Shown here: positions 35,448-48,049 of the stretch, in pieces | Numbering within the stretch: the stretch's first letter is position 1 | Layout: each line of letters opens with the position of its first letter | DNA from: Macrostomum lignano | Lineage: Eukaryota | Assembly: GCA_002269645.1 (NCBI GenBank) | Contig: NIVC01001603.1 | Location: 134,217 to 198,216, forward strand | Length of the DNA stretch: 64,000 nucleotides | Reading direction: 5' to 3' | The notes under the pieces: generated by a model | Told to the model about the DNA's origin: nothing | Databases searched by the model: none | Seen by the model: only the letters and a program-made list of their open reading frames with translations | Position numbers and translations under genes: made by a program

Positions 35448-38400
35448 TAAATATATTAGCCAATTGCTATCAAGTAGCTATTTAGTTATAGCTATTTAGT
35501 TATAAAATATATGAAAACTTAAAGTAACTTTCATTTAGTTATTCTTATATACCACTGAAATTATTTGCATTACTGAATGTGCGAGTGTGAGTTATTTTTT
35601 GCTTTAGAGAAAATGTGCATTATTTTTTATCTGCTTTAATGTGTCTAAGGAGCTTGTCTGCAATTTAATTCCAATCCTATTCACTTGTATTGAGCTACTG
35701 ATAGATCTATCTATATTTCTGTCTCAGTAAAAATCGTATTTCATTTTTTTATTATTATTTACATCCGGTGTTGTCATTATTTAATTCAAATTCTTACAAC
35801 TTATTCTGTTTTAATATGTTAATTACGTGAATTTAAATTTCGCAGTCGAGAGACCGACCCTTACTATGGCATGGACCCGCTGCACAGGGCATTGTGTACG
35901 TGTCAGGAGATTATTTTTTTAGGTTCTGTTATAAATATGTTTGGTTAAAGTATAAATGTAAGTTACAATTGGTCTTGTCCGTTCGCTGACACTACTAATA
36001 ATGTGTAAAAATATTTATTGCTACTAACAGTAGAAACTGGTGAGTTCTTTCTGATATTTCAGTTAGCAGGTGGTTCGCTTTAATAGCACGGTTGATTGGT
36101 TCTCGGCTTGCTTCAGTGTCTTTTTCATCGCTTTGTTAAACCAGTTGATTAGTTATTGCATTTACTAATTACTAAATTGACATCAATTGGTATTGCAATT
36201 GTCTCAGTGCATGCGCATTACTTACTAAAAGTAGGATAGTTGTCTATTTCCATATTTTGCCGCTAAATCTGCCAATTTTATGAATTTCAAAACTACAGTA
36301 AAACATGCATAGACATCCTAGTAACTTCAATGTGTAGCGAACCTCTAAAACTTAAACACAAAAAAATCAGACCACCTTTTGTCATTGACTGCAAGTAATG
36401 CTTTTAGGTTCTTTATAAAATCCTTGTCCATCTTGTGACTTTTTAGCGACTCAAAAAAAGTCTCGTGAGTTGAAGAATCGTAAAAAAGAGTCGCTCATTG
36501 ATAATATTAGAAATTGATTATATAAAAGTTTAGAACTTATATAACTTTTTTTAATGTCTATGATTATTGATTTGATTTTCTATTGAACCGCAGTGGAAAA
36601 TACTCCGACTGGGGCGAGCAGTGCCGACACTGCCAGCGAAGACGGTGACGTCAGTGTGGTTGCGCGAAGGCCGAGAACAACTTGAACTTTTGCTATATTA
36701 ATTATTCTAGAATTATTTATTTAGGCTCATTAGAGTATATAAATATGATGATACTTACACACGAATGTCCTACTATTTTTGTGTATTTCTGAACTATTTT
36801 GATCCGAGGCTTGGGCAGAATTTTTTTATTGATTTCTTGTAAATAATATACGAAAGTATATTACTTATGCATTAATATGGTAATGGTAAAACCGTAATCT
36901 CACTTTGTTTGTTTATTCAGTTTTCACATGCATAGCTATTAGAAATCTGGCAACGTATTAGTATATAACATACCGTTATAACAATATTTGTTATTTAAAT
37001 GTATACTCTACTATGTATCATTCAAGGAATCGCTGCTTAAGTAGATTGGGAAACCTCGTCTTTATAAAAACTTCTAAGATTGCATGGTCGGGTTTTACTC
37101 GGAAAAATACGTATATATAAACAGTTTCATTATTTTGACGATCTTTTTTATTAAAAATGCTTGTTTTGTGGTCGTTTAAAATATTTCTTACTCTATTGAT
37201 TTCTATAAAGCTTTATCTTCTAAAGTTTTAAGAAAAATCAACAGTTGTCTTCAATCTTTCAAGCTTATTTCATCAAAGAAGTGATACTTTTTTAAAATTA
37301 TAAGAATTATAACGCTTTCAAAAAATCCTTAAAAATGAATGATAATTTCTAAACAATTAAAACTACCCAAATCTGCAATAGATTATTTGTCACGCTCAAC
37401 CAGTAGATAGAATTTGTTTTTTAGAGCAAGGGTTCCCTTGTACTTAAGTCGTCCTCAACATAATTGTCAAAGTATAACAATGCTGCTTTTGAATTAATGA
37501 AGAATATGTTTTGCATTCAAAGCGAAGCTATTTTTTTCTAAATCTACATTCGCTATATTTAAGTATATATACCGGTATGTGTGTGTAAATAGAATCTGCT
37601 TATTACTTCAATAAACTTTTATTTTGCCTGATTAAATGTTTTATCTTGCAAAAGCAATAATGCAACACGAAAGTAATTTATTTCGTTTAATTATTTATTT
37701 TAGATTAACGCATACACAATGTACTTTTTTAGTCACGGAATCAGTTCAAATGATGCATGCACAATGTTCAGCAGCAAGGATTATCTGATGCGATGTTTGA
37801 ATATTGTAAATTAGTGCTGATCGTGTCATCACAAACTACAATTGCAAAACATAGGTTTGCAGAACTCAGTATAGTCACTCACAAATAAACTACAGTGTAG
37901 CACCAAAGCTTTAAACAAACTGAAACAAGTTAAAGTAGTTATTGAAAATAAAATTTAGCTTCAGCGCAAAAATAATAACAGTATAGCTTTGAACTATTCA
38001 GAGAGCGACAAATTCTAAGAATATATATGCTCGTTAAACGATAATCGAACAACAATTCGGAGCGAAAAATAACTGGCCGTAGACTGCATTACAACAAAAC
38101 TAGCTACTTTAACTAAATTAACAGACAAACGATCGTTATATTCTATTTCTTCGTAGCAGAAGAAATACAATAACTACTAAATCGACTTTATAAACTGATT
38201 TATAGTTTGTACTTTAAATCAAGACCGTTTGACTGTTAATTTTGAATTAAAAAGGCGATGGCGCTAGTTCCATGAATGAAAGCGGTGCATGTAGTTGCTG
38301 AATCGCTGAACATCTATTTTTTACGGTAAAAATCTACGAGCTATGATTTCAATAATCTTTAATATATTTTGTACATCGACTTTTCATGTACACAGTGGAT

Positions 38401-38964
38401 ATACGTGTTATGTAACCTTCGGTGGTTCTTGGTACACTTACTGTTTCGTACAATGAAGAAAATCTATAAATCCTTTTAAAAAGAATCCCCACAACTGACT
38501 TCTGCCCTACCGCAGCCAGCTAAGTGTTGAAGTACGGGATTATTGTTCCTTGGAAAACTTTGAAGGCTCCCACGTTGGAACAGCTGACATGTGCAGGCAC
38601 TTTATTTCACTAATTTCACCGGAAATTGGCTTTTACTGATTTAGGAAAGTTTTCAGCCTGTATAATAATAGCATTGAATCGACAATATTTATATCAATAT
38701 CCCCACCTGTACTTTAAATGTGTTTATTTGAGCGTTGACTAAACAGGCTTTACTTGACAAACTTTGAATTTATTCAACAGCAAAATCCATGCAGTTTGTT
38801 TGCTAAACGGATTTCCCTAAGATTTGTTAAAGCTTTCCAGGCAAGCATTCGTCGACAAAAATAGACAAGAAAAATGCTGCTAAAACATTCTCTGAACTTG
38901 CTTTATTTGCCGAGGTCTTGCATGCCATGCATCAAATTGCTATTCAACTGTATCTATTCGATAA

Positions 38965-39670
38965 TATACCTTTTTGCGATCTAGTTTGCCAAAACTGCAG
39001 TCAATTTTGCCCGCGGAAAAATATCACTTATAATTTTGCTGTCTATGCCAAGTCTGCTCAGTCATGACCAGAGTTTCAGCCACAGACAACTCTTTGAAAA
39101 CTGCAATCAATTTTGCCCAAACTGCGACCTAGTTTGCCCATAGCAAAGAAAACACCACAGACATACATAGCAAGATCAAAGAATGGCCCAGCGTGGACCT
39201 TATAACAGGATTTCAGCGAAGGACCGGCAGCGATTGATTCAAGCATATCAGGATGGAGAGGACTGGCAAGATTTCGGTAGGCTATTGGGCATCTCGCGAA
39301 GAACCGTGACTTACATAGTTGGACAATTCAACGCAACCGGTCGTATAGAGTCTCTGCCTCGCGGAGGTGCCAAGCGGAGGTCCCTTAACAATGCTATGAT
39401 TGAGAGCATTTATTGTTCTGTTTATTGTTCACTGTTACAGTTTATTTCGTCACACTTCCGAATTGATCCTCAATAAAATTCTTCTTGGCTTGCTATGGGC
39501 AAACTAGGTCGCAGTTTTGGCAAAATTGATTGCAGTTTTCAAAGAGTTGTCTGTGGCTGAAACTCTGGTCATGACTGAGCAGACTTGGCCTAGACAGCAA
39601 AAGTATAAGTGATATTTTCCGCGGGAAAAATTGATTGCAGTTTTGGCCAACTAGTTCGCAAAAAAGTATA
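38965..39670 (+). mobile_element. Internally deleted Tc1/mariner (IS630-like) element
   Basis: ~180-bp TIRs (~38965-39146 / ~39490-39670) ending in TATA (TA target site), enclosing an HTH-like ORF. Confidence 0.85.
39183..39476 (+). CDS. Truncated Tc1-like transposase, N-terminal helix-turn-helix only
   Basis: YNRISAKDRQRLIQAY...LLGISRRTVTYIV...GRIESLPRGG resembles the paired-like HTH plus the RGG linker; no DDE domain follows. Confidence 0.65.
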   Translation: MAQRGPYNRISAKDRQRLIQAYQDGEDWQDFGRLLGISRRTVTYIVGQFNATGRIESLPRGGAKRRSLNNAMIESIYCSVYCSLLQFISSHFRIDPQ

Positions 39671-39934
39671 CTAATAATGGTAATAAATACGCGTATAGCT
39701 AGGTTTTTTAGTCTTAAGCTCGTACCAGAACGATGAGAATAAAGGAGCGTCTGCCCTAAAGTAAATTATGTGAAGGCCCCCCAGTGCTCTGTTCCCCACC
39801 TTACGATCTGTGCTGGATATATATTCAAAAGTCCTTCTATTTACATTTAGAAGGGTGCAAAGCGGCCCTGACTTTCTAATCGTCAGACGTCAACGCAACC
39901 TCGAAAAGGTATTCGACATCGAGTCTATGCCTAG

Positions 39935-42900
39935 CTACTCAACAAACGACACATCCCAGAAGATGAACGCTTGCAGCAACGCGGAGGCGACTACGAATAG
40001 CCAGAAGAACAGGCGATCAGCGGCCAGGCTGACCAACTGCCAGTCCTTGCTGACGCCCTCCCGGTAGCCGCCTCTGGGCGCGTGCGGCTGTGCCAGGGGC
40101 GTCCTAATTAGGTCGTCTCGATCCGCTGGACTCCCTTCTCTACCGAGCGACTCCTCTCTTGCAGCGGTGATTTCGCCGTACTCCAGACTGCAGAAGCACA
40201 AAGTTCGATGCAGTGTGCGTTGCCTACATTTATTAACGCGTCCGCTTGCGTCCTGGCGTCTATTGACCGGATAACGCTCACGGATGGCCTCGTCGCGTTG
40301 GTATTGCTGCACTGGCGAGCCCGCACGGCTGCTGTGCCAGCAGTTGTCGGTGTCATCGGCTGCTTTAACATCGCCATGAGTGGCCATGTGCTTGAGGTTT
40401 CTGGCGCTAGCCGGTAGGGAGCGTTGTAGAGGAGACACCGCAATGTTGGTTGTTGGTCCTGGATGCGTTTTTAGGTTGGCAGGGCGTGTATAAAGCTACG
40501 TAAGTGACTGGAGTGATGAAGCGCGATATAAATAACCCTTTCTCCGTGTCTCTAGCTGAGTCCTGACACCCTTTCCTAACGTCTGTCTGGGTCCTGACAC
40601 CCTTTCCTAGCGTCTTTCTGAGCATCTCTGGGTCCTGACACCCTTTCTGAGCATCTCTTTGGGTCCTGACACCTTTCTGAGCATCTCTCTGGGTCCTGAC
40701 ACCTTTCTGAGCATCTCTTTGGGTCCTGACACCCTTTCTGAGCATCTCTTTGGATCCTGACACCCTTTCTGAGCATCTCTTTGGGTCCTGACACCTTTCT
40801 GAGCATCTCTCTGGGTCCTGACACCTTTCTGAGCATCTCTTTGGGTCCTGACACCTTTCTGAGCATCTCTCTGGGTCCTGACACCTTTCTGAGCATCTCT
40901 TTGGGTCCTGACACCCTTTCTGAGCATCTCTTTGGGTCCTGACACCCTTTCTGAGCATCTCTTTGGGTCCTGACACCTTTCTGAGCATCTCTCTGGGTCC
41001 TGACACCTTTCTGAGCATCTCTTTGGGTCCTGACACCTTTCTGAGCATCTCTTTGGGTCCTGACACCCTTTCTGAGCATCTCTTTGGGTCCTGACACCCT
41101 TTCTGAGCATCTCTTTGGGTCCTGACATTTTTAAATGTCTGTCTGGGTTCTGACACGTTTTTTCAGTGTGTGAGTCCTGATACCCTGAAACTCTGATTTC
41201 CTAACGGCAATATTTTTTATTCTAGTGTATTATTTCCTCGATTTAAAACCCTAGACCGACCGTTGATGAACTTTGTTAAAACTGCACAGCGCTAGTCAGC
41301 TGTCAGTGAAAGCTAACCTTTCTTGAGAATCAGCAGACAGCCGAGGCTAATGAAAATGTCTAAACCAAAGCTCGAATGACTGGGTATGTTAGATATCGAA
41401 TGCAGATTTTTGTCAAGAAATCCGCGGACACCCGCAACCTTACATGTATTTTCAACTTGAACCTGAGCCTCTAAGACCCATATCGACTCTATCTATCTAA
41501 AAGCCGTACCTATAGTTTCTAGATAACCTCAGCCTCAAACTCATTACTGATCTTTAGAATCTCATATCGACGTCTCTGGGAATTCAACATCGACTTTTAG
41601 AACCCATTTACTGACGTCTAAAGTCCAAATCGACATCTAGAACCCACAAAGCAGCCTCTAGAAGTCACAGCGATCTATAGGGACCTTTAAAACCCATTGG
41701 CTAAACGTCTAAAAAACCCTTTATCGATCTCTAGAACCCAATATCGACCTCTAGAACCCAATATCGACCTCTAGAAATGAATGTCGACCTATTGAACCAA
41801 TATTGACCTCTAGAACCCAATATCGACCTCTAGAACAAAATATTGACCTCTAAAACCCAGTATCGACCTCTAGAACACAATGTCGACCTCTGAAACCAGA
41901 TGTCGACCTCTGAAACCAGATGTCGACCTCTAGAACCAAATATCGACCTCTAGAACCAATATCGACCTCTAAAACCAATATGGACTTCTAGAACCAGTAT
42001 CGACCTCTAATAACTCCAGTACCTGTAGAACCAGTATTGACCTCTAGAACCCAATATCGACTCTGGATCAATATTGACCTCTAGACCCAAAAATATCGAC
42101 CTCTGGAACCAGATGTCGACATCTAGAACCCAATATCGACCTCTAGGACCCAATATTGACCTCTAGAACCCAATGTCAACCTCTACAATTCAATGTCGAC
42201 CTCTACAATTCAATGTCGACCTCTAGAACCCAATATCAACCTCTAGAACCCATATTGACCTCTACCCATATTGGCACCCATATTGGCACCCAATATCGAC
42301 CTCTAGAACCCAATATCGACCTCTAGAACCCAATATCGACCTCTAGAACCCAATATCAAACCTATCGAGACGCCAAACAAACTTTTAGAGCCTTAGCTTT
42401 GAGGCAATTCAATTCTCAGTCCCACAACTCACTGTATCCAGACAGCACCGGTGAGGCCTCCTCCTCATCAGCGGGCGGCGACGAAACATCGACTCCACCG
42501 TCGCCTCGGTCGCCGCCTCTGACGCAGTGCACAGACCAGGAGAATAATATTACTCGACAAGCTTTTAGTAGCCGCTTTGGCACGGGCCGATCAAGTCTGG
42601 CGGCGTTGCTATAGAGATTGGTTACTATGACGGCCATGATCAGAGCCACCGACACCATCAGCATTGATGTGCCGTACAGCAGACCTGACGGTTGTGATAG
42701 TATTTGAATCGGTGATATTGACTAGACTTTTTAGTTTTTCTTAGTTTCTTAAGATTAGTAGTTCCATGAATAAGTGAACCTAGCTATCAAAGACGAATTC
42801 CCTAGCTACGAAAAAGGAATTCCCTAGCTACCTAAATGGAATTCCCTAGCTATCAAAGAGGAATTCCCTTAGCCCATTGCCGTGTGAATAGCAGCTGAAG

Positions 42901-45900
42901 AGTTTCTTTTTGGTAGCTAAGGAATTCCTTTTTGGTAGCTAGGGAATTCCTCTTTGATAGCTAGGGAATTCCTCTTTGATAGCTAGGGAATTCCTCTTTG
43001 ATAGCTAGGGAATTCCTTTTTGGTAGCTAGGGAATTCCTCTTTGATAGCTAGGGAATTCCTCTTTGATAGCTAGGAAATTCCTCTTTGATAGCTAGGGAA
43101 TTCCTCTTTGATAGCTAGGGAATTCCTCTTTGATAGCTAGGGAATTCCTCTTTGATAGCTAGGGAATTCCTCTTTGATAGCTAGGGAATTCCTCTTTGAT
43201 AGCTAGGGAATTCCTCTTTGATAGCTAGGGAATTCCTCTTTGATAGCTAGGGAATTCCTCTTTGATAGCTAGGGAATTCCTCTTTGATAGCTAGGGAATT
43301 CCTCTTTGATAGCTATGGAATTCCTCTTTGATAGCTAGGGAATTCCTCTTTGATAGCTAGGGAATTCCTCTTTGATAGCTAGGGAATTCCTCTTTGATAG
43401 CTAGGGAATTCCTCTTTGATAGCTAGGGAATTCCTCTTTGATAGATAGGGAATTCCTCTTTGATAGCTAGGGAATTCCTCTTTGATAGCTAGGGAATTCC
43501 TCTTTGATAGCTAGGGAATTCCTCTTTGATAGCTAGTATGCCCTTGCTTACCAGTAGCTGGGGTATTCCACTTTTGTACTTTTAGTAGCCCTAATTGACC
43601 TAATTCAATAAACTCACCCAGTATTGGCACAACATCAGGCGTCGGCGGCAGCACCTCCCCGGCAATGATGAGGAACACCACCAGCGCCAACAGGATAGTG
43701 ATTTCAAGGTTCACTTTCTCACCAGACTCCACTGGCAGAAAGAATCCAAGAAATGAGCAACAGTAGATGAGCAGGCATGGGAATATCAAGTTCATAATGT
43801 AGAACAGGCTTCTTCTGCGCATATGGATCCGATAGTGCACATTGGGAAACTGGTCATCTTTGCAGCAGACAAATATCTTCACCTCTCTCAGGTGGGTGAT
43901 CTTCTCTACGAACCATTCTTGGCCCTCGGGATTGTAGAAGTTGTTGTTGGTCACGCTCTCGTCTATGTGGAGGTCAAGCTGAAGGGTTCAAAAAATCAGT
44001 TCATTTTTTGTCCCGTAAGGTCTATCATTCCACGCATAGACAACACTTAACCGATACTTGTAGCAATTTGAACATGGATGTAAGAGGGATTGTAGTGTAG
44101 TGGTTTGAGTGTCTGACTCACGACTGAAAGGTCGAAGGTTCGATTCTCGACCCAATCGGAACATTTTGTGTCCTTGAGCAAGACACTTAACTCTGCATTG
44201 CTTCAGTTCATCCAGCTGTAAAATGGGTGCCAGCATTAGCTGGGGTAATTGAGGGCGTGTGTCTGGCGACCCCCCCCCCAGTCCTTGGATTGAACAGCCG
44301 GAGTTTTCCGACCTCTGCCATAGACTATTCACTGAATGTCATTTTCACCCCTCACCATTCTGCTGCCGAAAGTCCAGGAGAAGAAGGACACATTGCAGAT
44401 CTGGCTGTCGAATGGGAACAGTTCAATGTCGAATTCGCAATAGGTTTTAGTAACCATGGGGTACATCCACAGCACTGTGCCATCGCTGCTCACGATGGCG
44501 TTGGTGTTGATGTGCTCGCTATAGTCGTCATCAGCGCTTGAACGGAAAAGTTAAGTTTTTAACAATTTTTAGGAAAGACGGGTTACGACGTTTCTTGGGA
44601 AATTTTAGGAGGCAGGTTTTACCGAAAGAAGACATTGCGGAGACAAGAACTTGTCATTTCTTTCAGCAGAAAAATTGTAATTGATTTTGATAGAAGTAGG
44701 ATTCTATGGTTATTCTATATATCCTTGCGTACAATATTACTTTAAAGACTCACTAGTTGCTGATAAGGATATCCGGTAGCCAGAGATTACTGGCCGAGAT
44801 CCAAATCTTGCTGGTGTTGCCGAACTCTTCAGGGTCCCATTGCAAGTAGCTGTCTGTCCAACGCTGAGAGATGAGATTATTGTTTTGTGATACCGAGTTA
44901 TTCACTTTACTGAATTATAATATGAAATATATCAATTAGGTACGCTAAAATTGATTCAACACCTACCAATCGAACTGAAATCAGCGACTTCATAGTCTGG
45001 TATTTTTCGTCCTGTTGAAATTGAAAGTTAGCGTTTTGCGTCTGTTATATTAATAAATGATATCTGGATATATGCACTTTGCTCGTAGGAGTGCCAACGA
45101 ACTCTATCCAATATAAGCAAAATGGAGTGAAACGCTGCGGAAAAAAAGTTTTGGTATTTGCTGTCCCCACCGCCTGTGCAGTGCCTTCAAGCCAAGTAGT
45201 CCCTCTTTCCTACTTCCTTCATGCAATGTTTAGGTCAAACGAAATTGCCCTCACTCCACGAGTTTCCTCTTCTAGAAGGAAGTGGAAGTTCCCTACACAA
45301 GCGATCGAGGTCTTCTATATAAATTTACTTCCTCTACTCCCGCTGGCGATGCTACATGCTGTCTCTCTCTCTTTTTTTGGCATCGCAATACGGACTAAAC
45401 ATCTTACGTATATATAGAAAGGATACGATCTGAGTCGTTTGATTCTCTCTCTTTAGCTACTCCGAAAAGGGAGCCTTAATTATACAGTACAGCATGCCGA
45501 TCTCCATCCAAGCTGATATACTATGAATCTTTGATGGAAAAGTTAACTAAGCGAGCTTGAATTCCAACTAGGAACTTGTTCTGCGTGCCGAGGCAGCTGA
45601 ATTCATTAATCTGATCGCGTGTACTTTTACAGATTATACACAAGTATTCACTATAGTGTGAGGTCTTTTGCAGCCAAATAATCCGTGCAAATGATTAATT
45701 ACGAGTGGAAAAACAGTGCCGGCCCTCTGCTGCCACCTTTCTTGATGGAAACGCAAAGTATGAGTGTAAAAACAAGCTTTTCCCTTTTCATACTTTTTCC
45801 TCTCTGTTCTGTTATTTATCAAAACAACAGGTGCCTAGCAGCTGGTAAAACAGGAATTCAAATGATCGCTATAAAATGGCGGTGTCTGAACATCTGCGAT

Positions 45901-46393
45901 GGGGTCTTTCGCGGATATGTACTTACAGTTCAATTTGATTGCAACAAGGGCGATGTTTAACCACATTTTATTGGCTGCCTAGATTGGTCACGTGCTCGGC
46001 TATATTTCATGGTTGCTATAAATAGCAGCCAATAAAAACATAGGAGCAATGCCGCGACGAGTGACGTCACTTCTGTGTGTAAATGGTTGCTTTACTCAGA
46101 ACTAGTTCATCATGTACTTTAACTCACCGTGTCCAAAATATGAAAGAGCGAGAATCCAACAAATACCACAACCGGCTCGCTATCGTTCAACACTGGCCGA
46201 GACACTTTCTGATAGCTGTCCATGATGGTAGCCTTGATCTGGTATTCGAAGCTGCGGTTCTCCATCTCGCTGGCGTTCAACGAGTGCCAAGGCCAGCTGC
46301 GGCTCAACGGCCCGCTGTCTCCGCCGCTTCCGTCGCTGCCGCGGCTGCCGCCCCGGTCCTTCCGGCGGAACATGCCTTTGCGCAGGCCCGAGG
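39935..46393 (-). CDS. Divergent alpha-type nicotinic acetylcholine receptor-like Cys-loop channel subunit (first/signal exon not located)
   Basis: Exons 46393-46128 (duplicate 47078-46813), 45011-44967, 44863-44754, 44536-44356, 43978-43618, 42684-42433, 40458-39935; phases consistent. Cys-loop CEFDIELFPFDSQIC, vicinal CC, RRRSLFYIMNLIFPC, GEKVNLEIT, TM4 DRLFFWLF; has the 45-nt and 110-nt exons typical of alpha7/alpha9-like genes. Confidence 0.93.
40555..41130. repeat. 30/31-bp minisatellite, last nAChR intron
   Basis: Unit TGAGCATCTCTTTGGGTCCTGACACC(C)TTTC. Confidence 0.95.
41700..42360. repeat. 20-bp minisatellite, last nAChR intron
   Basis: Unit CTCTAGAACCCAATATCGAC. Confidence 0.92.
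42781..43535. repeat. 22-bp minisatellite with an inverted terminal block
   Basis: Unit CTAGGGAATTCCTCTTTGATAG at ~42910-43535; ~4 reverse-complement units at 42781-42872. Confidence 0.96.
44086..44300 (+). mobile_element. tRNA-derived CORE-like SINE, 3'-truncated, in a nAChR intron
   Basis: Same core as the other copies; B box GGTTCGATTCTC. Confidence 0.88.
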
Positions 46394-47360
46394 CTGAAGA
46401 TTTGCATTGTTAATCTGCTTGTTTCTGGTGTTCTTATTTGGACACAAAAGTCACGCTTAGCTTTATACGAAGATACGGGTACAAGAACGAGGATTTTGGT
46501 ATGCGACAAATACCCTCTGAGTATTTCCTGGCGAGAAATAAATACCCTCTAGAGATCCAGGATGTTCGGTTATATAAATACCCTTCTTGAGATCCGGGAT
46601 GTTGAATAGATACCCTTCCAGGATGTTCGGTTGAACACCCTTCGCGGAGATTCCAAGATGTTCACATTATTGCTGCCTACGTTCCTATATTTCATGGTTG
46701 CTATAAATAGCAGCCAATAAAAACATAGGAGCAATGCCGCGACGAGTGACGTCACTTCTGTGTGTAAATGGTTGCTTTACTCAGAACTAGTTCATCATGT
46801 ACTTTAACTCACCGTGTCCAAAATATGAAAGAGCGAGAATCCAACAAATACCACAACCGGCTCGCTATCGTTCAACACTGGCCGAGACACTTTCTGATAG
46901 CTGTCCATGATGGTAGCCTTGATCTGGTATTCGAAGCTGCGGTTCTCCATCTCGCTGGCGTTCAACGAGTGCCAAGGCCAGCTGCGGCTCAACGGCCCGC
47001 TGTCTCCGCCGCTTCCGTCGCTGCCGCGGCTGCCGCCCCGGTCCTTCCGGCGGAACATGCCTTTGCGCAGGCCCGAGGCTGAAGATTTGCATTGTTAATC
47101 TGCTTGTTTCTGGGTGTTCTTATTTGGACACAAAAGTCACGCTTAGCTTTATACGAAGATACGGGTACAAGAACGAGGATTTTGGTATGCGACAAATACC
47201 CTCTGAGTATTTCCTGGCGAGAAATAAATACCCTCTAGAGATCCAGGATGTTCGGTTATATAAATACCCTTCTTGAGATCCGGGATGTTGAATAGATACC
47301 CTTCTTGAGATCCAGGATGTTCGGTTAGATAAACACCCTTCCGGAGATCCAAGATGTTCG
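46000..47360. repeat. 685-bp tandem segmental duplication containing nAChR exon 2
   Basis: Identical ORFs offset by 685 (46083/46768, 46119/46804); deletion-riddled junction at ~46620-46684. Confidence 0.95.
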
Positions 47361-48049
47361 ATTATATGCATGTAAATACCGTTCCAAAGATCCAGGATGT
47401 GGGATAAATACCCTCAGAAGATCAAATTCGAGAATTGCCCCTGAAATATTTGGTGTGATCCATTAGTACTTCTAATAACTAATTGCAAAACGTGGCTAAA
47501 TACCCAAATAATGAAGAATCGGAATATGAGAAAAACACCCCTTCAAGACCGATCAGAGAGTGTACATAGCGCACGATTAATACCCTCTGAAGATCCGAGG
47601 CAGGGTTTGAAGTATGGCACTATGTCAAGTGTGCATAGAACTTCCCAAATAAATAGAGTTACTATGTATTTTCTGTTGTGCAGAGAGGCCTTGACTGCAA
47701 TCATACGTAATCCCCAGTCTTAGCTTCCCAGTAATCCCTCGCAAAGCCAGTATATACTAGTATTATACTTCACACTAATCAAAACTGCTGGCTTAATCTT
47801 TTATACCCCTAGCAATCTGATTCAGTTAGCAAAATCTTCATTATGTCACTGGGAAGAATTATTTTGAAGTCAATTCAGTATAATCTCCTGACTGCTGCTC
47901 AAGTGCTCACTTGCATGCACCCTCATCCCGATCAAGATTGACTGCTGTCAAGTGCTTGACACAAATGACCGTTTTTTATGCGTGCAACTTATGTACAATA
48001 CTTGTCCTTAGCGTCTATTTTATACGACTGATTTTAACGACTCTTAATC

